From the NCBI GenBank assembly GCA_030041735.1, contig JASIBA010000040.1, positions 1 through 40,693 on the forward strand: a stretch of 40,693 bases of DNA, written 5' to 3'. Made by a program: the position numbers and the translations under genes. The notes under the pieces are model-generated. The model searched no databases and was not told where the DNA came from. It worked only from the letters and a program-made list of their open reading frames with translations. Positions 34,077 to 40,693 of the stretch are shown here, piece by piece. Numbering within the stretch: the stretch's first letter is position 1; each line of letters begins with the position of its first letter. The DNA comes from Thermoplasmata archaeon (GTDB lineage Archaea; Thermoplasmatota; Thermoplasmata; Lutacidiplasmatales; UBA184).

Positions 34077-35372
34077 ATGAGCGCACCATCGACCGGAGAA
34101 ACGACGCCGCCGCAGACCGAACAGCTCTCGAGCCCGGCTCGCAAGCGATCGAGCACCGTGGGCGTGGGCGTGGCGATCGCCCTCGCCGTGGTCCTGCTGA
34201 TCGTGGGCATCGCCGTGGGCTACGTGATCTACCCTGCGGCCAACCCCAGCAAGTCGACCACGACCACGAAGGCCTCCCTGACCGAGACCGGCTCCAGCCT
34301 GTTCTACCCTCTGATGACCCGCTGGGCCGCCAACTACACCGCGGCGACGATCTCCGCGGCGTCGACCGGTAGCGGTACCGGTCAGGCGAGCGCCATCCTG
34401 AACCTCGTGAACATGGGGGCCTCGGACGGCTACCTCACGAACGCGAGCTCGGACAACGTGGCGAACTTCCCCGCCGCCATCAGCGCCCAGCTGATCTTCT
34501 ACAACATCCCCGGCTTCACGGGGCACCTCAACCTGAACGGGACCCTGCTCGCCGAGATCTACACCGGCGCCATCACGACGTGGAACGACCCGGCCATCGC
34601 GGCCGCGAACCCGGGCGTGACGCTCCCCTCGAACGCGATCGTGCCCTACGCGCGCGCGGACTCGAGCGGCGACACGTTCCTGTTCAAGTCGTATCTGTAC
34701 ATGTCGTCGAGTGCCACGATCTGGCCCTACGGCGCGCCGTCCACGGCGTCCTTCGTGACGGAGGATAAGTACGTGACGGGCGCGACCGGCAACTCGGGCA
34801 TGGTCTCGGGGATCGCCGCGACGAAGTACTCGATCGGGTACGTCGGGATCAGCTACATGGCGACCGCGGTCGCGGACGGCCTGCAGTACGCGGCGCTCGG
34901 CGACAACGCGTCGATCGCGAACGGAGTGCCCGCGGGCAGCTACAACCCGTACATCCTGCCCACCGGCGGCGCCTCGGGGACGATCGCGCAGGACGCGAAC
35001 CTCGGCCTGGCGCAGCTCGACTACGCGACCTACGGGATGGCGGTCAGCCTGATCCTCGGCGGCAGCTGGGCGGGCGCGGTCAACCTGATCCAGGGCGGCG
35101 GCGGGTCGAACCCGACCGCGACCAGCGCCACGCCCTACCCGCTGGTCAACCTGGAGTACCTGATCATCAAGCTCGCCCCGACGTCGGGCACCCAGGTCAG
35201 CGCGTCGAACCTCGCGGCGACCGTGACGTTCCTCCAGTGGGCGATCACGACCGGGAACTGGGCCGCCGGCAGCACCCCCTCGGCGTGGATCAGCCAGGTC
35301 GGCTTCCTACCGATCACCGCCGCGGTCGCGGGCTATGACACCCAGATCCTCGCGTCGGTGTCGACGTCGTAG
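34077..35372 (+). CDS. pstS: Phosphate ABC transporter substrate-binding protein, membrane-anchored
   Basis: It has an N-terminal TM (VGVGVAIALAVVLLIVGIAVGYVIY) and a Thr-rich linker. TGSSLFYPLM...STGSGTGQ...GASDGYL matches PstS motifs. It is the first gene of pstSCAB-phoU. Confidence 0.9.
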   Translation: MSAPSTGETTPPQTEQLSSPARKRSSTVGVGVAIALAVVLLIVGIAVGYVIYPAANPSKSTTTTKASLTETGSSLFYPLMTRWAANYTAATISAASTGSGTGQASAILNLVNMGASDGYLTNASSDNVANFPAAISAQLIFYNIPGFTGHLNLNGTLLAEIYTGAITTWNDPAIAAANPGVTLPSNAIVPYARADSSGDTFLFKSYLYMSSSATIWPYGAPSTASFVTEDKYVTGATGNSGMVSGIAATKYSIGYVGISYMATAVADGLQYAALGDNASIANGVPAGSYNPYILPTGGASGTIAQDANLGLAQLDYATYGMAVSLILGGSWAGAVNLIQGGGGSNPTATSATPYPLVNLEYLIIKLAPTSGTQVSASNLAATVTFLQWAITTGNWAAGSTPSAWISQVGFLPITAAVAGYDTQILASVSTS

Positions 35373-35399
35373 GCGAGGAAATCGAGTCGAAGGTACCCC

Positions 35400-36410
35400 G
35401 TGAGCCCGACCCCGGCCGATTCGGACACCGGCCGGGAACCCCTTCCAGCTCCCGCCCCGGTAGCGGCGGATGAGAGTCCGGGCGGGACCCCGACCAAGAC
35501 GTGGATCGGCCGGATCGTCCCCTTCATCCCAGCGCTGATCCCCGCCGCGATCATCGCGGCGATCGCCTGGACCCTGCTCAATGCGAGCGGCTTCTACAAC
35601 TTCGGTTGGGGGTTCTGGCTGCCCGCGAGCGCGACCAACCAGTACGGCGTCCTCGTCGAGATCGTCGGTTCGTTCCTGACCGCGGTGCCGGCGCTCTTCC
35701 TCTCGATGGTGTTGGGGCTCGGGATCGCGATCGCCTCGACCGTCTACCTGCCGCGCTTCATCACCCGCTTCCTCGACCCGTTCGTCGACCTCCTCGCGGG
35801 GATCCCCAGCGTCGTCTACGGGATCTGGGCCTTCGTCGTCATCGCGCCGATCTTCGGGACGATCATCAACCCCTGGGCCGTCGCCCACCTCTCGTTCATC
35901 CCCGGATTCGCGCCCAGCACCATTCCCCCCTCGCCCACGACCGCGGGCACCGGACTCCCGCTCGCCATCATGGTCCTCACGTTGATGGCGCTCCCGATCA
36001 CGACCCTCCTGATCCGGGACGCGCTCCGATCGATCCCCCGGGACCTGTGGGAGAGCGGCCTCGCTCTCGGCGCGACCCGCTGGGAGGTCATGCGCCGCGT
36101 GGGTCTTCGGCACGGCAGTCGCGGCATCCTCAGCGCGGCATTCCTGGGATTCGGACGAGCCATCGGTGAGACCGTGGCGGTCGCGATGGTCATCGGCCTC
36201 GACGGTCGGTTCCCCGTGAACGTGTACGACGTCACCGACACGATGGCGGCCTACATGTTCGAGAGCCTCGACGCCGCCTTCTCGCACCCGATCCTGCTGA
36301 AGAATCTCGCCGAACTGGCCCTCGTCCTCCTCGCCATCACGTTCGTCGTCAACTTGGTCGGGCGCCGGCTGGTGTCGCACATCTACGCCGAGGAGGTGCC
36401 GGGCATCTAG
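35400..36410 (+). CDS. pstC: Phosphate ABC transporter permease PstC
   Basis: It has six TM segments. ALGATRWEVMRRV is the EAA-like loop. Operon position supports the call. Confidence 0.9.
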   Translation: MSPTPADSDTGREPLPAPAPVAADESPGGTPTKTWIGRIVPFIPALIPAAIIAAIAWTLLNASGFYNFGWGFWLPASATNQYGVLVEIVGSFLTAVPALFLSMVLGLGIAIASTVYLPRFITRFLDPFVDLLAGIPSVVYGIWAFVVIAPIFGTIINPWAVAHLSFIPGFAPSTIPPSPTTAGTGLPLAIMVLTLMALPITTLLIRDALRSIPRDLWESGLALGATRWEVMRRVGLRHGSRGILSAAFLGFGRAIGETVAVAMVIGLDGRFPVNVYDVTDTMAAYMFESLDAAFSHPILLKNLAELALVLLAITFVVNLVGRRLVSHIYAEEVPGI

Positions 36411-36418
36411 CCCCGATC

Positions 36419-37348
36419 ATGGCAACCGCGAACGCCACGCTCCCCTCGGATGCGCTGCTCGACCCGGCAGACGACCTCCGGCGGGGGAACACCGCTCGGC
36501 TGCGCTGGCGCACCGGGTTCGATCGTTGGGTCGGCTACCTGCTTCCGTTCCTGTTCCTGGTGGCGCTGATCCCGATCGCGGACGTGATCTATTTCGTCGG
36601 CTCGAAGGCCCTCCCGACCCTCACCTTCGGGGTGCTGCTCAGCCAGAACAACTACCAGAGCTACAACGCGCTCGGAGTCCCGCTCATCTCCACGTTCGAG
36701 ATCCTCGCGCTGGCCACCGCGATCGCGCTCGCCCTGGGGCTCTTCGGTGGGATTGCCACGGCCGAGTTCCTCTCCGACGAGGCCGCCGGCTGGGTCCGGA
36801 TGAGCGCCAACCTCCTCGCGGGGATGCCGTCGGTGATCGTCGGGTACTTCGGCTACTTCGCGTTCGTCCTCTACTTCGGCTGGGGGCTCGCGGTGATCGC
36901 GGGCGCCTTCACCCTATCGTTCTTCATGATCCCCTACATCTTCCGCACGGTGGACCTCGCGTTCTCTTCGGTCCCCCGTCCGATCCGCGAGGCGGCCTAC
37001 GGATCGGGGGCCGGGCCCGCCCAGTACATCGTTCGGGTCGGTACTCCCATCGCGTTCCCGCAGATTCTCACGGGCGTCTTCCTCGCGATGGCGATCGGCC
37101 TCGGCGAGACGGCGCCGATCATCCTGACGGTCGCCGCGAACGTCGCGGTGCCGGCGAACCTCTTCCAGGGCGCGACCTACCTGACCTACCTCATCTGGAC
37201 CGGCTACCAGTTCCCGGCGGGCTCCGTGGCGCTCACGCTGGCATTCGAGTCGGCGTTCCTCATCGTCATCATCGTGATCGGTCTGAACATCGTCGTACGC
37301 ATTATCTCCGCGCGCTATCGGAAGCGGCTGGAGGGCCTCTACCAATGA
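36419..37348 (+). CDS. pstA: Phosphate ABC transporter permease PstA
   Basis: PIREAAYGSGAGPAQYIVRV is the EAA loop. It is polytopic, and operon position supports the call. Confidence 0.9.
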   Translation: MATANATLPSDALLDPADDLRRGNTARLRWRTGFDRWVGYLLPFLFLVALIPIADVIYFVGSKALPTLTFGVLLSQNNYQSYNALGVPLISTFEILALATAIALALGLFGGIATAEFLSDEAAGWVRMSANLLAGMPSVIVGYFGYFAFVLYFGWGLAVIAGAFTLSFFMIPYIFRTVDLAFSSVPRPIREAAYGSGAGPAQYIVRVGTPIAFPQILTGVFLAMAIGLGETAPIILTVAANVAVPANLFQGATYLTYLIWTGYQFPAGSVALTLAFESAFLIVIIVIGLNIVVRIISARYRKRLEGLYQ

Positions 37349-38151
37349 CCGCGACCCCGATCCTCGCCTCGGCGGCGCCTCCCGACGGCGCGCCGGTGAT
37401 CCAGGTCCAGAAGCTGTCGGTCCTGGCCAAGAAGCGGAAGCAGGAGAAGAAGATCCTCGACGGCGTCCAGCTGGACTTCGCGCCGCGCAGCCTCACCGCC
37501 GTGATTGGGGCCTCCGGGTGCGGCAAGACGACGTTCGTGCGCACGCTCAACCGGATGGTGGAGCTGACGCCCGGCCTCCGCGTCTCAGGGCAGGTCCTCT
37601 ACCTCGGCCAGAACATCTACGACCGCTCGATCAATCCGGTCCTCGTCCGGCGCCGCATCGGCATGGTCTTCCAGCGGCCGACCGTGTTCCCCATGTCGGT
37701 CTTCGAGAACGCGGCGTTCGGGCTTCGCCTGCTGCACGAGCCGGACGACGAGATCGACTCCGCGGTCCAGGAGGCCCTCACACGGTCCGGGCTCTGGGAC
37801 GAGGTCAAGGACGATCTGGACCGTTCGGCGTTCGGCCTCTCGGGTGGCCAGCAGCAGCGCCTGTGCATCGCGCGGGCCCTCGCGGTGCGTCCCCGCGTCC
37901 TCCTGATGGACGAGCCGACGAGCGCCCTCGACCCCATGGCGACGCAGCGGGTCGAGGCGACCATGCGCCGCCTCAAGGAGGAGATCGTGCTCATCCTGGT
38001 CACGCACAATGTGGGCCAGGCAGCGCGGGTCTCCGATCGGGTCGCTTTCCTTCACCAGGGCCATCTCATCGAGACCGGCCCCACCGCCGAGATCCTCGAG
38101 CGACCGCGCGAGACCTTGACGCAGCAATTCGTCTCCGGACACTTCGCATGA
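37345..38151 (+). CDS. pstB: Phosphate ABC transporter ATP-binding protein PstB
   Basis: GASGCGKTT is the Walker A, LSGGQQQRLCIARAL the ABC signature and VLLMDEPTSALD the Walker B. An ATGA overlap links it to pstA. Confidence 0.92.
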   Translation: MTATPILASAAPPDGAPVIQVQKLSVLAKKRKQEKKILDGVQLDFAPRSLTAVIGASGCGKTTFVRTLNRMVELTPGLRVSGQVLYLGQNIYDRSINPVLVRRRIGMVFQRPTVFPMSVFENAAFGLRLLHEPDDEIDSAVQEALTRSGLWDEVKDDLDRSAFGLSGGQQQRLCIARALAVRPRVLLMDEPTSALDPMATQRVEATMRRLKEEIVLILVTHNVGQAARVSDRVAFLHQGHLIETGPTAEILERPRETLTQQFVSGHFA

Positions 38152-38885
38152 ACGCAGGAAACTCTGAACCGAAGGTGCGCACGCCGGATCCGACCGACCC
38201 GACCGACACCCTGAAGCAACATGTCGCTGGGATGTCCGACCTCGCAGTCGGGATGGTGCAGGACGGCACACGCGCCCTGCTCACGAACGACAAGGCGCTC
38301 GCCGACAGCGTCGTCTCGCGCGACGTGCCCCTCGACCGCTTCGACGTCGCCATCGAGACCGAGTCGATGCGCCTCATCGCAACGATGCAGCCCGAGGCCG
38401 AGGATCTCCGCACGATCGGCGCGGTGATCAAGATCGCGAACTGCATCGACCGGGTAGGTCGACTCGGCTTCGACCTCGCGAAGAACCTCACATCGGCGCC
38501 CGAGACCGCGGACGGAACACCCTCCGACGTCCTCCGGAAGATGGAGGAGAAGGGCCGGGCGATGGTGCGTCAGTCGATCGAGGCGTTCCTCACCGACAAC
38601 GCGCCGTTGGCGAAGGAGGTCTTCGCCCTGGACGATGACGTCGACGACCTCTATGAGTCCCTGGAAACGAGCATCTTCAAGCAGCTGCAGAAGGGCGGCC
38701 CGTCCTCCGAGCGATTGGCCCATTATCTGCTCGCGGGCCGCCATCTCGAACGCGTCGCGGACAATGCCTGCAAGATTGCCGAGAAGGCCGTCTACGCGAT
38801 CACCGGAGAACGGCGGCCGGAGTATTTCCCGGCGCTTGCCCACCGGGCGACGACCGGCGTCCGGCCCGCGGGGCACACGCACTGA
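38148..38885 (+). CDS. phoU: Phosphate transport system regulator PhoU
   Basis: Two PhoU repeats are present (...IANCIDRVGRLGFDLAK... and ...AGRHLERVADNACKIAEKAVY). An ATGA overlap links it to pstB. Confidence 0.88.
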   Translation: MNAGNSEPKVRTPDPTDPTDTLKQHVAGMSDLAVGMVQDGTRALLTNDKALADSVVSRDVPLDRFDVAIETESMRLIATMQPEAEDLRTIGAVIKIANCIDRVGRLGFDLAKNLTSAPETADGTPSDVLRKMEEKGRAMVRQSIEAFLTDNAPLAKEVFALDDDVDDLYESLETSIFKQLQKGGPSSERLAHYLLAGRHLERVADNACKIAEKAVYAITGERRPEYFPALAHRATTGVRPAGHTH

Positions 38886-38942
38886 TCGTCCCCCCGCGCC
38901 CGAACCTTCATTACTGACCTAGGGCCGTCGGGAGTCCACCGC

Positions 38943-39017
38943 GCTCCCGTAGTCTAGTCCGGTCAAGGATTCGGCGCCTTCGACGCCGTAACGTGGGTTC
39001 AAATCCCGCCGGGAGCA
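38943..39017 (+). tRNA. tRNA-Glu (anticodon UUC), no encoded CCA
   Basis: The cloverleaf was folded by hand. The acceptor is GCTCCCG/CGGGAGC, the D stem GTCT/GGAT, the anticodon stem CGGCG/CGCCG with loop CCTTCGA, the T arm GTGGG-TTCAAAT-CCCGC, and the discriminator is A. The overall sequence resembles archaeal tRNA-Glu. Confidence 0.8.
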
Positions 39018-39232
39018 CCCACTTCCCTCGTCCTGTCAGGGGGCGTCGGGTCTGGCGCACTTCGCCTCTCGGGCGGGTGGGTGCAATAGCGATTTCGACT
39101 CCGGTGCCACGCATCCGGAGACGCCGTGGGCCGGAGCGTGGTGCTTGCAGGCCGAGCCGGAATTGGGCACTCGGTCGAGGCCAGCCGAAGTCGGCTGCGG
39201 GATGGAGTGTCAGAAGCCGGAATCGAGGGCGC

Positions 39233-39793
39233 TCAGCCCACCAGCTCGATGTTCGTGACGTAGGCGAGGTAAGAGGTCAGTTCCGTCACGATCGTGTTGG
39301 GATTCAGGAACACCACGTCCCAGGAATCCGGAGTCACCGGGATGGACAGTTGAAACTCGGCATAGTTGCCCAGATTCGAGGATGTCCACGCGTAACCGGA
39401 AATGTTGCCGTAGATCGCGAGGTGCTGGAGCTCTTCGGGGGTCATGAGATAGATCACAAGTCCCCCCGCCTCGTAGATCGTCCCGTTGACCGACCCGTCC
39501 GACTTGGTAACGAACGTAATCGCATTGTACTGACCCGGGCTAATCGTGTAATTCGCGCCAGAGGGCTCGAGCAGTGTGCCCGACCCCCCTCCCGACGTAT
39601 GGGACGCGTTGTGGATCGCGTACACCGCCACGCCTGCGACCACGACCACGATGACGATCCCCACGATGAGGAACGGCCACCCGCGTCGCCGGCTCGCGGG
39701 AGGACTTGTCGGAGCCGGCTCGGCGGCGTGTGGAGGAGGAGTATCGTCCTGCGACGATCCAGTTTCCACTCCGAGAGACCCGGCCCCCGACAT
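39233..39793 (-). CDS. Hypothetical membrane-anchored extracellular protein
   Basis: An N-terminal Pro-rich segment is followed by the TM WPFLIVGIVIVVVVAGVAVYAI and a beta-rich ectodomain with N-x-S/T sequons. G+C is visibly lower than in the rest of the window. Confidence 0.6.
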   Translation of the reverse strand: MSGAGSLGVETGSSQDDTPPPHAAEPAPTSPPASRRRGWPFLIVGIVIVVVVAGVAVYAIHNASHTSGGGSGTLLEPSGANYTISPGQYNAITFVTKSDGSVNGTIYEAGGLVIYLMTPEELQHLAIYGNISGYAWTSSNLGNYAEFQLSIPVTPDSWDVVFLNPNTIVTELTSYLAYVTNIELVG

Positions 39794-39921
39794 CCGTGGG
39801 TTTGCACAGCCCGCTGCTAATCAACGTTGCCGAACAATTTCTCGGGAGACCATAGAGTCAGACGAAGTCATTCGTAGAGTCTTGAGTCAACGGAAACTTC
39901 GTAGCATAGGCCTACGGTTTC

Positions 39922-39950
39922 TATTTATTTTGTCTTTAAGGTTACATAAT
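39922..39950. promoter_or_regulatory. AT-rich TATA-like promoter region upstream of the AbrB-PhoU gene
   Basis: TATTTATTTTGTCTTTAAGGTTACATAAT lies 24-52 nt upstream of the GTG at 39974. It sits in a 180-nt AT-rich divergent intergenic region. Confidence 0.4.
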
Positions 39951-39973
39951 GCCTCGGAATCCCGGTGCAAGTG

Positions 39974-40693
39974 GTGGAAGGACGGAAGCTTCAGTTGGCC
40001 GGCGGCTCGACGTATCTCGTGTCGCTGCCGAAGCGTTGGGTGCTAGATGCCGGGCTGAAACCCGGTGACACCCTCTTTGTCGACTCGGAAGCCGACGGCT
40101 CGGTTTCGGTGCGTCACAAGCAGGAGGATCGACCGCCCGCACGGAAGAAGGTCTTCGAGGAGAAGGGGGAGGAAGCGCGCGAGCACCTCTTGCGCAAGCT
40201 GATCGGGGCGTACATCTCGGGATTCGGCCTGATCGAGATCCACTTCGCGGCCGACAAGGGACCCTTCGTCCGCCGCGTCGCTCGCGACTTCTGCCGTCTC
40301 GTCATCGGGCCCGAGGTTATCGAGGAGAACCGCAACTCCCTGCTGATTCAGGACCTGTCGGACCCGTCTGAGTTGAGCGCGGAGAAGTGTCTCCGCCGGA
40401 TGCACCTCATCGTTCGAGCGATGCTCGAAGACTCGATCCTCGCTCTCCAGAACGGGAACTCCGCTCTCGCGCACGACGTCGAGCTGCGAGACCAGGATGT
40501 GGACCGCCTCTACTGGATGGTCGCGAAGCGTTACATCGCTCCCGGGCAGGCGCCGCCCAGCGCCAACGGGCACCCTCCGGCCGCGATTCACGCGCACCAG
40601 CTCGTGGCGAAGCTGCTCGAACGCATCGGGGACCACGCGGTCCGCATCGCCGGGACATACGAGGTGCTGTGTCAGAAGAAAGCGATCGATCCC
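39974..40693 (+). CDS. AbrB/SpoVT-domain plus PhoU-domain regulator (archaeal PhoU-like phosphate uptake regulator), partial at the right edge
   Basis: Absent from the ORF track because it has no stop in the window. From the GTG it reads M-EGRKLQLAGGSTYLVSLPKRWVLDAGLKPGDTLFV (AbrB swapped-hairpin motif). It continues ...EKCLRRMHLIVRAMLEDS...DQDVDRLYWMV...LLERIGDHAVRIA (PhoU repeat). Confidence 0.8.
   Translation, partial: MEGRKLQLAGGSTYLVSLPKRWVLDAGLKPGDTLFVDSEADGSVSVRHKQEDRPPARKKVFEEKGEEAREHLLRKLIGAYISGFGLIEIHFAADKGPFVRRVARDFCRLVIGPEVIEENRNSLLIQDLSDPSELSAEKCLRRMHLIVRAMLEDSILALQNGNSALAHDVELRDQDVDRLYWMVAKRYIAPGQAPPSANGHPPAAIHAHQLVAKLLERIGDHAVRIAGTYEVLCQKKAIDP

Noticed and set aside
39181-39197. 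A hairpin, CAGCCG-AAGT-CGGCTG, just downstream of the minus-strand gene ending at 39233, considered as a possible terminator.
   Set aside because: The stem is short and there is no adjacent T-tract. Archaeal termination usually relies on oligo-T signals, and such GC hairpins arise by chance in this composition.
40043-40636. A 197-aa minus-strand ORF at the right end of the window.
   Set aside because: It is antisense to the plus-strand AbrB-PhoU gene, which has unmistakable domain motifs. Its translation has no recognisable features.
38943-40693. An integrated mobile element targeted to the tRNA (searched for an integrase and a direct repeat of the tRNA 3' half).
   Set aside because: No integrase, transposase or repeat of the TTCAAATCCCGCCGGGAGC segment is visible downstream within the window. 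Only the compositional anomaly remains, and it is reported separately as a low-weight finding.
1-40693. A scan for CRISPR arrays, rRNA genes, IS elements or transposases, C/D-box sRNAs (RUGAUGA...CUGA in intergenic DNA) and additional tRNAs.
   Set aside because: No regularly spaced direct repeats, terminal inverted repeats with a transposase ORF, or intergenic C/D box pairs were seen by eye. The TGATGA strings present all lie inside well-supported coding regions. A covariance-model scan would be needed for certainty.

Overview
This is a high-G+C chromosomal segment in which true coding frames are GC3-saturated, so long Arg/Pro/Gly-rich shadow ORFs appear in the other frames. By gene content it looks archaeal: fibrillarin, an HPS-RraA fusion, an AbrB-PhoU regulator, a membrane-anchored PstS, short AT-rich TATA-like islands ahead of genes, and a tRNA with no encoded CCA. 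I support about 47 genes. Positions 1-21.6 kb carry stress, detoxification and transport genes: MarR+GNAT, a quinone oxidoreductase, a VOC protein, a radical-SAM/SPASM enzyme, amidohydrolase+MFS+DoxX, a DHA2 MFS, DsbA+peroxiredoxin, a CsoR-like repressor with a CDF exporter, PPK2, SDR+GNAT, OsmC, DUF885, RidA and fibrillarin. Positions 29.5-40.7 kb carry HPS-RraA, a SnoaL-like protein, an acyl-CoA synthetase, TruA, a complete pstSCAB-phoU operon, tRNA-Glu, a lower-GC surface-protein gene and a partial AbrB-PhoU regulator. The stand-out is a tightly coupled, co-directional cluster at 21.6-28.7 kb. It encodes a PKD-repeat surface glycoprotein with a cytoplasmic winged-helix-like tail, a VirB2/TrbC-like pilin candidate and a VirB6/TrbL-like polytopic protein. 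It also encodes a VirB3(PrgI)-like protein fused to what looks like the N-terminal segment of VirB4, an extra small membrane protein, a VirB4-type ATPase and a His-rich protein. A convergent SPPY-type DNA methyltransferase follows. No relaxase, coupling protein, VirB11 or integrase is present in the window. I read this as a chromosomal type-IV-secretion-derived pilus or DNA-transfer module comparable to, but differently built from, the crenarchaeal Ced/Ted systems. All homology statements come from reading motifs by eye, and no database search was run.
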